DNA of 64,000 nt, from the NCBI RefSeq assembly GCF_009914755.1, contig NC_060931.1. One strand, 5' to 3'. The notes below the pieces were generated by a model. That model made no database searches, was not told the DNA's origin, and saw nothing but the letters and a program-made list of their open reading frames with translations. Source of the DNA: the human T2T-CHM13v2.0 reference genome, Homo sapiens. A program made the translations under genes and the position numbers. Numbering within the stretch: the first letter of the stretch is position 1; each line of letters opens with the position of its first letter. This document shows positions 1-17,589 of the stretch, piece after piece.

Positions 1-541
1 TATTGAATGTGTTCTTCTGTGACCTGCCTATTCATATTCTTTATCCATTTTTTTCTCTTGGGTTGTTTACCTTTTTCTTATTGAGTTACAGGCTGTTTAC
101 TTTTTATACTTAAAATTGTATTATTTATATTTATATATGTGCGTGTGTGTATAATTTTTTTTCTCTTCTTAGGAAGTCTCAGATTGAAAATGAGATCATG
201 CACCATCACACTCATGAATGCGACTGTCAATCTCCTGTGTAGTGGTTGTGTTAGATACTCAACAGCTGTGAGCCATTCACTCTCAGAAACACACACTGAC
301 AGAATCCTATTATTTTTAAAATTTTGAAATAATCTTACACTTATAAAAAAATTGTAAGTATTGTAAAAAAAAATTTTCCCTGAACCACCTGGAAGTTACT
401 GACCTCATGCCCATCATTCTTGAATATTTTAATGTGTATTTCCAACAAACAAGGACATTCTCCTACATAACTTCAATATAAACAAGATCAGGAAACTAAC
501 ATTAATACTGTCTATAAAACATTTTAAAATATAAAATAATT

Positions 542-865
<324 letters not shown>

Positions 866-1324
866 ATAATTGTGATTATGCTTTTAAAGAAAATAATAAA
901 GAACTGATGCTTAAGGTTTCTGTGTTAAATCATGGTATCCACTTGTCAACACATGGTAATAAGGCAGCTTTTTTTAATTCTCTCAACAAAAGAGGCATAC
1001 ATTAGGATTGACAGCACATGAATAACTGCTTTCATTTTTTTCCCCATTCTTGACGACACAAGGGGGAATGAGATTAAACTGCTCCTGGAAATTTAAACAT
1101 TATATCAAACTTTCTGAGAATAATTGCTGGGAAAAGCCAAGAGTAAAATCTCCTCTGGCAAGTTCTTTACAAAGATCTCTTTCTGGAATAGTTTCAATAC
1201 AAACCTATTCAGAGGCTAGGCCTAACCTTTAAAAATCTCTTTAAGACCTAAGATTCTTTCATCTCTTTTTATCCAGTACAACTTAAAAGTTATATATATT
1301 CAGTATTACGTAAGGTCACATTTA

Positions 1325-1490
<166 letters not shown>

Positions 1491-2613
1491 TAAAAAAAAT
1501 TAAAAATTAATAAATAGCCACTTTTTTTCCTATTAGCTATGGATCAGGAACTGTTATTAATTCAATATGAGTTATTCCATCAACCCTGTGATGGATCAGA
1601 GTGCCTTCAACAGAAAAATGGGAGGAGAAAAACCAGAAACATTAACTATAGATAACATTTTGGGAAATTTTCCTGAAGACTGAAGAAATAACATGCAGGT
1701 AGTAGAGCTGAAGAAAGAAATTAAGATATATTTATTTAATTGGTTTTAAGCAAAAGGAGATACAATAACACAACTATATGTGAAGGGAAAGAGATGCAAA
1801 GAAAGAAACATTGTCAACCTGGTAGAAAGAAGGCATCTGCTAAAGCAATACCTTGTAGTGATGGGATCTAATACAACTGCAGAGTGCTTGGTCTTTGCTG
1901 GGAGAAAGCATAGTTCATCCTTACCAACAGGAAGGAAGAATGAATATAAGGGGAGAAACAGAGAGATGGAGTGGCAGCAAGTAAGTAAGGATGGACATAA
2001 TCTGTGGTCTTTTCTATCTTCTTTTACGGAGAACTGTGTGTATATGTAAATATCACCAGGTATGTCTTGGTAGGAAAAGGTTTACAGACTCCTAATGAAA
2101 GGCTACTCCTCTCTACCTTGAATTTACCATCCTTTAATAGTTTTCTTTAGACTTTACTACAGTTGTAATGTTGCCAAGGATTTTATCAGTTTCTATGTCC
2201 ACAGTCAGTCATTATTTTTCCTGGGTACCAGAATTATCATAAAGAAAAGTCCAGAAAGCTAAAGTAGAGACGGCATTCCTTAAAAAATATTTTCTGTCTT
2301 TAAGAAGTACATGGGAGGATAAGGATTTTAGAAGAAAAATATGTTCCTTGCCTTTTTATTTTTTATTTTTTGCATCTGTTTCCTCTCAACCAAATGACGC
2401 TACAGTTTATGGATCTTTATCTAGAAGTTCTGAATATACCAGTTGGCCAGTTCAATTCACTGATTAGACAAAAAAGATATAAATAAATTCTGAAACATAA
2501 TTTCTTCTCTCATTTTCTGTCTACTAAAAAATGAGTCATTAGATTGCTTTGAAACATGAGTGTTTCACATACTATTCAAAAGACTTCTCAGTTATAAATA
2601 AATAAAGAAGCTA

Positions 2614-2910
<297 letters not shown>

Positions 2911-3219
2911 CTACCATATTTTAAAATTATCAAAGACAAGAAAAAACACATTTTGAAGTGAAGATTATTTTTAAACTTTATTTCATAAAATACAAAGTTA
3001 AATACTATGTATATTATTTTCCCCCTTACCATTTTTGTCCTCCTTTAAAAAATAACAAGAAGTTTGAAAGTCTGTTGTATAATATTCGAGCTTATTTAAA
3101 ATCTACCACCAATCCCTATAAAAAGAACCATATTAGAAATAACATTTGTTATTTCTACATTTGTTTGACAATAAATTAATTCTGTGGAGTTGACTGAGAG
3201 CTGAACCATGCAGACTTAT

Positions 3220-3720
3220 TCATTATATTTCACTGACCCATTAATTCATTCTAACTACAAATATTTATACAGTGCCTACTGTATCTGTCATAGCTCTGAG
3301 TGCTGGAAAAACAGTAGTGAAACAAAACCAATTAAGTTCCTGTCTTCATGGAACTTACATTTATTGAGAAATGTACAAAACATAAATAAAACAGAATAAC
3401 GGGTAGTAACAAGTGCTATAAAAACGTGAAGTAGGGAATAAGAATAGAGTATGATGGGAATTATTATACAGAGATTAGTCAGAGAATGCACCTCTGAGGT
3501 AATATTTAAACAAAGACTTGAATATACTGAGGGAGTCAAAGGAAGATATGGGAAAATACAGATCGGGGCAGTGGTATTAGCAAAAGTGCTGAGATAGCAA
3601 TGTGCTTAGTATGCTAGGGAAAGAGCAAGAAGGCCATGATGGAGCAGAGTGAAGCAGAGAGGCAGAAGATGAGGGAGGTATTGAAATATCATCAATGAGT
3701 GGATTATGTCCAGAGTGATA
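3220..3720. mobile_element. L2 LINE fragment
   Basis: CATTCATT/AAATATTTA...AGTGCCTACTGT...GAACTTACATT and downstream purine-rich L2-like motifs; highly diverged. Confidence 0.6.
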
Positions 3721-4899
3721 TAAATGGGTTGTTGGATTTGTGGCTAAGTTAACGAACAAATTACCAAGCTAGAAGTTGAGACACTGACATATATTTTCAG
3801 GCCCAAATAACTCAAAATCCTCTCACGCATTAGTAAGTGTCTGTTATCAGAGACACATGGTTAAAATGTTAAATTATTTCATTAACCTATTTTCTATACT
3901 AAGTTTATTTTAGAAGGTTACCTCTGAAATCTATTGGTGTTATTTTAATAATAGTACATGCTGCAGACATACACATAAACTCACACACAGAGGCAAAGTA
4001 GACTCAGCTTAAAGAAAATAACAGGAAACATGGCTGGTGAATAACAATACTCATTTGAGTTTTTTCTTTTTAATTAAACAATAAAAAGAACCAAATGGAT
4101 ATTATTTCAAATTAAAATGTTCTAATAAAAAAGCTTAATTTAGTATGGTCATAATAGAGCTTAATTTTATGTTGTAAATTCTCTATTAACGTATGCCAAC
4201 AAGGAAAATAAGCTATTTTATAAAAAATTATTAACTGAAAACAAGGGGTATAGCATTTGCTTTTACTTTCTCCCAAGACTGTTTTATCTTTAAACTTTTT
4301 AGTAGACACCAAAAATCAAAATGAGGCAGCTGTAAAGAAATTTCCCATGTCATTATTTAAGTGTATGTATAATCCAAGAAAGCACTACTGGAGCAACATC
4401 AAAGAATACTTTCACCTCATAAAACTAGAATACAGATATACTTTAAAACTATATTTATTGCCTTTACTATTATCAGAGGATCTGAAAAGCATAGCTTCTC
4501 CACACACAGTACAGTTTCAGTGTTATCAGCTGAATGTACGCTGTAAGATTTATGCATACAACAACTAAAAAACACTTAAATTTTTCACTTAAAACACCTA
4601 GCTAAAATAAACCACTCTTCAAAATTCTCCGCTCCAAAAATTACTAACTTCCAACTTCTCAAAACATGTTTGAAAAGGTTACTTCTGAAATCTATTGGCA
4701 TTATTTTAACGTAATGGTGTATTATATTACAAATATAGCTCATCATTAAAGAAGTATATATTACAGCATTATTTATAATACAATTTACAATATTTATAAT
4801 TCTAGAAGTAATTTTAAACTTGTCAATTAACATGTTCACTTTTTCAATTAATGGCATTCATATTTATAGCTTAACACATAGATTATGCCAGTAAAAAAA

Positions 4900-7620
4900 C
4901 TGCAAAATAATTACCTGAAATAAAATTCTTTAAGTAACATACATACAGAGGAGTATGCTAATTATGTAAGCACAGCTTTATTATCACAAAGTGAACACAC
5001 CTAGTTAACTATCACCTAGATCATGAAGCTAAGTATTATCAGCACCTTTGAATCTTGTGTAGCTCCCCAAACTGCACCTTTCCAAATATTATCACTATCA
5101 TTACTTCTAACACCAAAAATTTATTCTGTTTTTGAATTTCACATAAATGGAATTATACAGTATGTATTATCTTGTGGCTTGTCCCTTTTACTCAACATAT
5201 TTTTTTGTGAAATTCGTCCATGTTGTTGGATGCAGCAGTAGTTGATTCATTTCTTACTGCTGTGCAGTATTCCACTGTAGTAATTTGCTTTAGTTTATCC
5301 ATCCTACTGTTGATAAATAATAGGCTTACTTCTACCTTTAGGTATTTTAATTTATGCCGCCATGAACATTCTGTACACCTCTATTAGTGAACATATATAC
5401 ATATGCATTTCTGTAGGCAAAAGTAGAATTGCTAAATCATATTAGTACACTTAGAGTTTGTAGATACTGCCAATTTTACAAAGCCATTGCAGCAATTTAC
5501 ACTCCCACCAGCGATATATGAAAACTGTGGATGCCCCACAAATTTGCCAAAAATTCAAATGATCATTCCTTTAATTCTGGCTATTATTTTGAGTGAGTAC
5601 TATGATTTTAATTTGTATTTCTATGATGACTAAAAAACTGAATACTTCTTACATGGTAATTACCCATTTGGATATCTTCTTTTGTGAAGAACTTATTCAT
5701 ATTTTGGCCCATTTTTTTTAACTAGTTGTTTTTTGTCATTTACATATAAAGTTGTTTATATATTTTGGATACAACCACTTTGATAATTATATGTACTGCA
5801 AATATGTTCTCCCACTCTTAATCAAGTATTTTAAGGAAAAGAAATTCCTAATTTGAATGTAGCCCATTTTATTAATCTTACTCTCTACGGTTTAGTACTT
5901 TTGGTATTGTTTGATAAGTGTTCCCCACCCCACATTCATAAAGATATCTTTCATTCATAAAGTTATCCTCCTGAAACTCTATTGGTTTATCTTTCATGCT
6001 CAGAAATACAATTCACCTGGAATTAATTTCTATACAATGTGAAATAGGAGTCAAGATTAGTGTTTTTCTACATGAATACCCAATTGATCAAAAAAAGAGC
6101 AAATAAAAATCACCCGCACTCCCGAAAAGTCACCTTTGCAATAAACCAAGTTTCTAAATATGTGTGTGAGTTTCTGGACTTTCAAATCTCTACCATTTCT
6201 CTATCCTTACAATTCACCTATCTAAATTACTGTAGCTTTAAATACCAGATTTGGCAATCCTCTGCCTCTGTTCTTCAATTTGGTATAGGCTCTTCTTGAT
6301 ATATGACACTTCCATATAAATTTCAAAATTGGCTTGACAAATGTCCTTTTTTTAAAAAAGTTTTCAGGTATTGTTTGAGATTGCATTAACTCTATAGATA
6401 AAATTAGAAATAATGGATATCTTTGTAATATTGAGTTCTCAAATCCATGAATATGGTATCTCTTTTCATTTACTCAGGTCTTTAATTTCTCTTAATGTTT
6501 TATAGATAGTTTTCTGTGAAAAAGTCTTATATATCTTTAGTTTAAATTATTTCTATTATTTTTTGATATAAATTGTATGTTTTTAAATTTTTTGTAAACA
6601 ATCAGTAAATTGTTTTGACTTTTCTAACTATATAACCATGGTATTTCTGAATAATTTTTATTTCTCCCTTCCCATTCTCCTCTATCTCATTGCTTTTCTT
6701 ATTACTTTGGCTAGGATCTTCAGTACTGCACTGAGTAGAAGAAATAAGAGTGGTTTTTTTGCATCATCCCTAATATCAAATGGAAAGCCTTAAATATTTC
6801 ACCATCGAGATTTTTAGAAATGCCCTTTATCAGATTAAAGATACTGGCTTGCTAAGAGTATTTTTAATCATGAATTGATTTTGAATGTTATTAAGTATGT
6901 ATTGAGATAATAATTTTCCCCCTTTACTTGAGAAATTATGTTATATTTCTGGAATAAAGCCATCTTGGTCATAATACATTATCAGTTTTAGATCTCTGTG
7001 GCTACATTTACTAACACTTTGCTTATTATTTTTGTACAGATTTTAAAGGAAGACAACTAGTAATTTTACTTCCTTACAATATTCTCATTTTCATATTGAC
7101 ATTAACCTGGCCTCATAAAATGAGCAGGTACATATGTTTGGTCCCTCTTTCTCAATTCTTGGATACAGTTTACATAACACTGGTTTATTTATTCCTTAAA
7201 TGTTTGGAAGAATTGCCCCAGTGAAGCTGATTGGCCTTGGAGTTTTCTCCAAGGAAAGGTTTTTTTAATAATAAATTCAATTTTGTTAATAGATATAGAA
7301 CTAGATAGATTTTATACTTTTCCTAGTGTCATTTTTGATATGTTGTTTTCCAGAAATTTGTCAATTTCATCTAAATTTTCAAATCAATTGGTATAAACTC
7401 ATACTTAATATTGTCTTAACTTTTTTTAGTTTTTGTTGGGTCTGTTATTAGATCACCTTTTTCATTCTTGATCGTGGTAATTTGTGCCTCTTTTTTCCCT
7501 TCTCCTCATCAGTCTTGTTGGTATTTATCAATTTAATTTGTTAATCTTGTTAAGTAACTAAATTTTGGCTTCTATTGGATTTTGTATTCCATTACTAGCT
7601 TTTTGTTATTCTTATTTCAC
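4900..7620 (-). mobile_element. Old L1M (L1MD/ME-like) 3' part of ORF2 and 3'UTR
   Basis: Antisense L1 motifs (CATAAATGGAATTATACAGTATG, TTTACACTCCCACCAGC, TCCATGAATATGGTATCTC, GGCCTCATAAAATGAG). Confidence 0.75.
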
Positions 7621-7770
7621 AGACTTTGGAGCCAGACCTAGATCAGCATCCAAACTCTACCACATAGCAGTCAAAACCTAAAGGCAAATTATCTAACCTC
7701 TTTAAGGCTTAGTTTCCTCATGTGCATAACAGCAAAAATAAGAGCATCAACCTAACGGGTAAATAAAATA
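7620..7770. mobile_element. MIR fragment
   Basis: ACTTTGGAGCCAGACC...GCAAATTATCTAACCTC...AGTTTCCTCAT core. Confidence 0.6.
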
Positions 7771-8346
7771 ATCTTTACTCTCTAGATTCCTCCTTTCTGG
7801 GCAGGGCATCTCTGAAAGAAAGGCAGAAGCCCCAGTCAGGGGCTTATAGGTAAAACTCCCATCTCCCTGGGACAGAGCACCTGGGGGAAGGGGTGGCTGT
7901 GGGCGCAACTACAGCAGACTCAAATGTTCCTGCCTGCTGGCTCTGAAGCAAGCTCTGCTAAGGGACAGACGGCCTCCTCAAGTAGGTTCCTGACCACAGT
8001 GCCTCCTGCCTGGGAGACACCTCCCAGCAGGGGTCGACAGACATCTCATACAGGAGAACTCCAGTTGGCATCTGGCAGGTGCCCCTCTGGGACGAAGCTT
8101 TCAGAGGAAGGAACAGGCAGCAATCTTTGCTGTTCTGCAACCTCTGCTGGTGATACCCAGGCAAACAGGGTCTGGAGCGGACCTCCAGCAAACTCCAGCA
8201 GACCTGCAGCAGAGGGGTCTGACCGTCAGAAGGAAAACTAACAAACAGAAAGGAATAGCGTCAACATCAACAAAAAGGAAGTCCAAAGAGAAACCCCATC
8301 TGAAGGTCACCAACAGCAAAGACCAAAGGTAGATAAAACCACAAAG

Positions 8347-9369
8347 ATGAGGAAAAACCAGCGCAAAAAGGTTGAAAATTACAAAAACCAGAATGCCTCT
8401 TCTCTTCCAGAAAATCACAACTCCTCGCCAGCAACGAAACAAAACTGGATGGAGAATGAGTTTGATGAAATGACAGAAGCAGGCTTCAGAAGGTGGGTAA
8501 TAACAAACTCCTCCGAGCTAAAGGAGCATGTTCTAACCCAATGCAAGGAAGCTAAGAACCTTGAAAAAAGGTTAGAAAAATCGCTAACTAGAATAATCAA
8601 TTTAGAGAAGAACATAAATGAACCTGATTGAGCTGAAAAACACAGCACGAGAACTTCATGAAGCATACACAAGTATCAACAGCCGAAACGATCAAGCGGA
8701 AGAAAAGATATAAAAGATTGAAGATCAGCTCAATGAAATAAAGCAAGAAGACAAGATTAGAGGAAAGAGTGAAAAGAAATGAACAAAGCCTCCAAGAAAT
8801 AGGGCACTAGGAGAAAAGACCAAATCTACGTTTGATTGGTGTACCTAAAAGTGACAGGGAAAATGGAACCAAGTGGGAAAACACACTTCAGGATATTATC
8901 CAGGAGAACTTCCCCAACCTAGCAAGACAGGCCAATATTCAAATTCAGGAAATACAGAGAACACCACAAAGATACTCCTCAAGAGGAGCACCCAAGTCAC
9001 ATAGTTGTCAGATTCACCAAAGTTGAAATGAAGGAAAAAATATTAAGGGCAGCCAGAGAGAAAGGTCGGGTTACCCACAAAGGGAAGCCCATCAGACTAA
9101 CGGCAGATCTCTCTGCAGAAACCCTAAAAGCCAGAAGAGAGTGGGGGCCAACAATAAACATTCTTAAAGAAAAGAATTTTCAACCCAGAATTTCATATCC
9201 AGCCAAACTAAGCTTCATAAGCGAAGGAGAAAGAAAATCCTTTACAGACAAGCAAATGCTGAGAGATTTTGTCACCACCAGGCCTGCCTTACAAGAGCTC
9301 TTGAAGGAAGCACTAAATATGGAAAGGAAAAACCAGTACCAGCTACTGCAAAAACATACCAAATTGTGA
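8347..9369 (+). pseudogene. Disrupted L1 ORF1p
   Basis: Split across ORFs 8347-8631, 8832-9026 and 9028-9369 by frameshifts and stops. Confidence 0.9.
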
Positions 9370-9432
9370 AGACCACGGACACTATGGAGAAACTGCATCA
9401 ATTAACAGGTAAAATAACCAGCTAGTATCATG

Positions 9433-11061
9433 ATGACAGGATCAAATTCACACAAAACAATATTAACTTTAAAAGTAAATGGGCTAAATGCCCCAATTAA
9501 AAGACACGGACTAGTAAATTGGATAAAGAGTCAAGACCCATTGGTGGGCTATACTCAGGAGACCCATCTCACGTGCAATGACACACACAGGCTCAAAATA
9601 AAGGGATGCAGGAATATTTACCAAGCAAATGGAAAGCAAAAAAAAAAAAAAAAAGCGGGGGTTGCAATCCTAGTTTTTGATAAAACAGACTTTAAACCAA
9701 CAAAGATAAAAAAAGACAAAGAAGCGCATTACATAATGGTAAAGGGATTAATGCAACAAGACGAGCTAACTATCCCAAGTATATATGCACCCAGTACAGG
9801 AGCACCCAGATTCATAAAGCAAGTTCTTAGAGACCTACAAAGAGACTTAGACTCCCACACAATAATAGTGGGAGACTTTAATGCCCCACTGTCAATATGA
9901 GATCAACGAGACAGAAAATTTATAAGGATATCAGGACTTGAACCCTGCTCTGGACCAAGCGGACCTAATAGTCATCTACAGAACTCTACACCCCAAACCA
10001 ACAGAATATGCATTCTTCTTAGCACTACATCGCATTTATTCTAAAATTGACCACATAATTGGAAGTAAAACACTGCTCAGCAAATGCAAAAGAACGGAAA
10101 TCCTAACAGTCTCTCAGACCACAGCGCAATCAAATTAGAACTCAGGATTGAGAAATTCACTCAAATTTCTCACACAGACACAATGTACCAGAAACTCTGG
10201 GACACAGCTAAAGCAGTGTTTAGAGGGAAATTTCTCATAGGAGAAAGAGAGAAAGATCTAAAATCGACACCCTAACATCACAATTAAAAGAACTAGAGAA
10301 GCAAGAGCAAACAAATTCAACAGCTAGCAGAAGACAAGAAATAACTAACATCAGAGCAGAACTGAAGGAGATACAGACACGAAAAACCCTTAAAAAAAAA
10401 TCAATGAATACAGGAGCTGGTTTTGTTGAAAAGATTAACAAAATAGACCACTAGCCAGACTAATAAAGAAGAAAAGAAAGAAGAATCAATTAGACACAAT
10501 AAAAAATGATAAAGGGGAGATCACCACTGATCCCACAGAAATATAAACTACCATCAGAGAATACTATAAACACCTCTACACAAATAAACTAGAAAACCTA
10601 GAAGAAATGGATAAATTCCTGGACACATACACCCTCCCAAGACTAAACCAGGAAAAAGTCAAATCCCTGAATAGACCAATAACAAGTTCTGAAATTGAGG
10701 CAGTAATTAATAGCCTACCAACCAAAGCCCAGGACCAGACAAATTCACAGCCGAATTCTACGAGAGGTTCAAAGAGGAGCTGGTACCATTCCTTCCGAAA
10801 CTATTCCAAACAATAGGAAAAGAGGGATTCCTCCCTAACTCATTTTATGAGGCCAGCATCATCCTGATACCAAAACCTGGCAGAGACACAACAACAAAAA
10901 AAAATTTCAGGCCAATATCCCTGATGAACATCGATGTGAAAATCCTCAATAAAATACTGGCAAACCAAAACCAGTAGCACATGAAAAAGCTTATCCACCC
11001 TGATCAAGTTGGCTTCCACATACGTAAATCAATAAATGTAATCCATCACATAAATAGAACC
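9433..11061 (+). pseudogene. Disrupted, 3'-truncated L1 ORF2p
   Basis: APE endonuclease motifs in ORF 9430-9900 and later fragments; stops, frameshifts and internal deletions. Confidence 0.9.
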
Positions 11062-11080
11062 CATAAATTCCCACATAAAT

Positions 11081-14358
<3,278 letters not shown>

Positions 14359-14680
14359 TGAAACAGCCAGGTGGGAGGGGGTCCCTGGAGAAACTCCAAC
14401 CTGCCTGCCCACTGAGGTGGAGCCTCGGGAAGTTCACCGCCTTTGCAGCAGGGAGGAGCCTGGCCCTTCCTCTTCCTGTGTGGAACCTGGGATTTGAACT
14501 GCCGGGCAGGAAGCACTGTACCAGGGACTCTGGCTTTGCGAGAGGCCCTGTTTTCCCCCTTTTCCCCCAGTAAAACTGTGCTTCACTCACCCTTCAAACT
14601 GTCTGAAAGCCTAAATTTTTGTGGCCATGGGACGAACAAGGACCCCATCGTTAGCTGAACTAAGGAAAAGTCCTGCAACA
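14359..14680 (+). mobile_element. MER61-type ERV1 3' LTR
   Basis: TG...CA termini (TGAAACAGCCAGGTGGGAGGGGGTCCC...AAGTCCTGCAACA) preceded by a PPT; matches the recalled MER61 consensus start. Confidence 0.75.
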
Positions 14681-14950
14681 ATGTCATGACAAGGGGTTGG
14701 GAGGGCTGGTCTCATGGGATCAGTACCCTAAGAAGAAGAGATACCAGAAAGCTTGCTCACTCTGTCTGCCATGGCAGGACACAGCAAGAAGGCGGCTGTC
14801 TGTAAGCAAGAAGCAGAGCCCTCACCAGAAACTGAATCCTGCTGGATCTTTGTTTTAGACTTTCCAATCTCTAGAACTGTGAGGAAATAAACTGCTGTTT
14901 AAACCATCCAGTCTATGGTATTCTGTTATGGTAGTCAGAGCTAATATACG
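14681..14950 (+). mobile_element. MaLR LTR (MST/MLT1A-like), 3' part only
   Basis: GGACACAGCAAGAAGG...GCCCTCACCAGAA...AGAACTGTGAGGAAATAAA...CAGTCTATGGTATT motifs. Confidence 0.7.
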
Positions 14951-14987
14951 TCTTTATATGCTTAACAGATGAATTAAATTGTAGAAG

Positions 14988-15458
14988 ACATAGTGAGTTG
15001 AACAATGTCCTTCCAAAAATCATGTCCAACCAAACCTCAGAATGTGACCTTATTTGAAGACAGCATCTTTGCACATGTAATTAGTTGAGATAAAGTCATA
15101 CTGAATTATAGTGGGCCTTAAAGCCAATGACTGATGTCCTTTTAAAAGAAAAGCACAGAGACACACAGCGAAAAAGGCCATGTGACAACAGAGGCAGAGA
15201 CTGGAATGATACAATTACAAAGCAAGGAATACCCAGGATTGAGATTGATGGGAACCACCAGAACCTCACAAGAGGCTAAGAATTCTTCAAGAGTTCAAGG
15301 TGTTCTGCCAACACCTTGATTTGACTCCCAGCTTCCAGAACTGTGAGAAAATACGTTTCTATTGTTTTAAGCCACCCCAGTTGTGGCAATTTTTTCTTCT
15401 TAAATTCTTTTTTACCCTTGTGTAAATTTTTAATGACAGCCCCAGGAAACCAATACAT
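14988..15458 (+). mobile_element. MLT1C/D MaLR LTR
   Basis: ACCTCAGAATGTGACCTTATTTG...CCAGAACTGTGAGA...CCCAGGAAACCAATACA. Confidence 0.75.
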
Positions 15459-15489
15459 AAGGGTAACAGAAAACAATACATATGTTTGC

Positions 15490-15785
15490 AAACCAAGTGT
15501 CCATTGATGGATGAATGGATAAACAAAATATAGCATATATACACAATTAAATATTATTCAGCCTTTAAAAGGCAGGGAATTCTGATGTACATTACAACAC
15601 GGATAAACCTTGAGGACATTTTGCTAAGTGAAATAAGCCAGTCAAAAAAAGACAAATAATGTATGATTCCACTTAACATGAGGTACCTGTAGTGGTCAGA
15701 TTCATAAAGACACAAAGTAAAATGGAGGTTTCCAGAGGTTAGGAGAAGAGGGCAATGGGGAGTTATTTAATGAGTATAGAGTTAT
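15490..15785 (+). mobile_element. L1M 3'UTR fragment
   Basis: AAGTGTCCATTGATGGATGAATGGATAAACAAAAT...GCTAAGTGAAATAAGCCAGTCA. Confidence 0.75.
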
Positions 15786-16024
15786 CAACAACAGTGCAGA
15801 AAGATTCCAATTTCTCAACATCCTTGCCAACGCTTGTTATTTTCTTTTTTTTTTTTTTTTTTGATGGACACCTTAATGGGTGGAGGTAATATCCCATTGT
15901 GGTTTTAATTTGCATTTCCCTTACGATTAATGACAGTAAGCATCTTTTCACATGATTGCTGGCCATCTGTATATCTTCTTTGGAGAAATATCTATTTAAG
16001 TCTTTTGCCCAGCTTTAAACCAGG

Positions 16025-16027
<3 letters not shown>

Positions 16028-16059
<32 letters not shown>
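16028..16059. repeat. (TG)n microsatellite, about 16 units
   Basis: Read directly. Confidence 0.95.
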
Positions 16060-16060
<1 letters not shown>

Positions 16061-16068
16061 TTGAGTTC

Positions 16069-16469
16069 TGTTAGGGTTGAGTCAGGATGGTGGGAAAAAC
16101 TGTAAAATAAACCTTCTTGGAAGTCCAGAAGGTTTTTACAAAAGCCTCAGGATAGAGTTACAGTTGAAGGTAGTCTAATCCTCTTTGAGCTATAGCAAGG
16201 GTAATTAACATAGGAATATAGAGGAGTCTATCTAAATAGCTTCTTTAAAGACTAAACTTAGACCATCCGCAGGTATATGATTGCTCTCTACTGGGCGGGG
16301 GTGGGGGTGGTTGTCAAGGAGTCGGGGCCGGGGTTGCAACTGTTTATGGCACTCTCCTGAGAGTCTGTAAGCGGCCTGGACCCTCAGCTGGACTGACAAG
16401 CATAACATCTGTGTCAGTGGACGTTATTTATCTGTCGTTGGGTCAGGGTCTGCCAGACAGACCCCCGCA
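16069..16469 (+). mobile_element. 5' LTR (LTR22-type), 401 bp
   Basis: TGTTAGGGTTGAGTCAGGATGGTGGGAAAA...GACCCCCGCA; homologous to 20891-21381 but with deletions. Confidence 0.88.
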
Positions 16470-16471
16470 GC

Positions 16472-16489
16472 TGGTGCCCCGTGTGAGGA
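16472..16489 (+). promoter_or_regulatory. Retroviral primer-binding site for elongator tRNA-Met
   Basis: TGGTGCCCCGTGTGAGGA lies 2 nt after the LTR and is the reverse complement of the recalled human tRNA-Met(CAT) 3' end ...TCCTCACACGGGGCACCA. Confidence 0.88.
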
Positions 16490-16624
16490 ACGCTGCGGAG
16501 GAAGCACGACGGACCGCCGAAAAGAAGTGAAAAGCACCGCGCAGTCAGTGAGTAATCAGTAAGTCATTGGTGCCCACTCGGGATCTCCAAGTTTGGGGGG
16601 GATTGTTCAGGCTGAGGGTTCATG

Positions 16625-17190
16625 ATGGGACAACAGTTATCAGCTCAACAGAAACAGTATATAAAAGTATTTAAACAGCTGCTTGAAGCTAGTGGAACCT
16701 CGGTTTCACAGGCACAATTAAGGGACCTGATGCAAACTGTTGTAACCCAAAGCCCAAGGTTCCTGGAAAAAGGCATGCTAGACATAAAGCTCTGGGAACA
16801 AGTAGGGAGAAATCTGAAACAACATTATGCACAAGGGCAACAGGTCCCAGCATCATCTTTAATGCTGTGGGCTTTAATTAAGGCAGCCCTGGCTTCGTTA
16901 TACAACAGAGAGCCTAAAAAGGGGAAGGAGGAGGAAAGTCACCTGCCTTACCACCTCCTTTTCCCTCAGCCCCACTATCACCGGGCCAAAATAACAAAGA
17001 GGAAATGGAGGTTTTGCCTGAACCCCCTCCTCCAATAAATAGGTAAAAAGACAAGAGATAACGCTGCAGCTACAAGACCCTGTCTTAAGCAAGTGGCATT
17101 AGAAGGGGAGTTCTTAGCTTGCCCAGTAATGCAAGATTGACAAGGCAATCGAGTATTTCTTTTAACACTTATAAAAAGATAAAGCATTAG
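16625..17190 (+). pseudogene. HML-5 gag remnant (matrix region)
   Basis: MGQQLSAQQKQYIKVFKQLL...LWEQVGRNLKQ...LWALIKAAL resembles betaretroviral MA with a Gly2 myristoylation site; frameshifted afterwards, no CA or NC seen. Confidence 0.8.
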
Positions 17191-17589
17191 AGGCCAGAGC
17201 CCCATGGTCAAGCAGATGGTAAATTAAAAGAAAGGCTCTGCAGCGGGTAAGCTCACAAACCCAGAGCCAGCAAATGCTCCTGGGAACTCAGCCTGGACAG
17301 CAGAGGCAGCAACAGGAAGCCAGGCCAGGCACGCCAGAGCTGGCCTGCTGGGGAGGGGCAGGAGGTGCAAACGGGAAGGTCCACCCAGCCAGCAGCAGAA
17401 AAGCAGCAGCGCCTAAGCAAGTGCAAAGTGGCTGCCACCCTGGGGCCCACCTGCTCAGCTCTCCAGCTCCGCAGGAAGCCCAGGGCAAAATTTCGTGTGT
17501 TCCTTGTATACAAGCAACATCTCAGATTATAATTTGCTGCTAAAATTTAAGTAAAATTTAAGAATTTGATAGACCTATTTCTGATGATG

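Larger units (their letters stand above)
7775..11061 (+). mobile_element. L1PA (L1PA7/8-like) fragment: partial 5'UTR, ORF1, and ORF2 from the endonuclease to the start of RT; no 3' end
   Basis: 5'UTR motifs at 7780-8340, ORF1-like peptides (MRKNQRKK..., IGVP, KGKPIRLTADLS), ORF2 MTGSNSH with ETH/GDFN/IDH/SDH motifs and [19 protein letters not shown]. Stops abruptly at ~11061. Confidence 0.93.

Noticed and set aside
17253-17543. ORFs on both strands in the GC-rich proviral segment
   Set aside because: Open frames are expected from high GC content and there is no recognisable domain; the segment is reported only as possible captured DNA.
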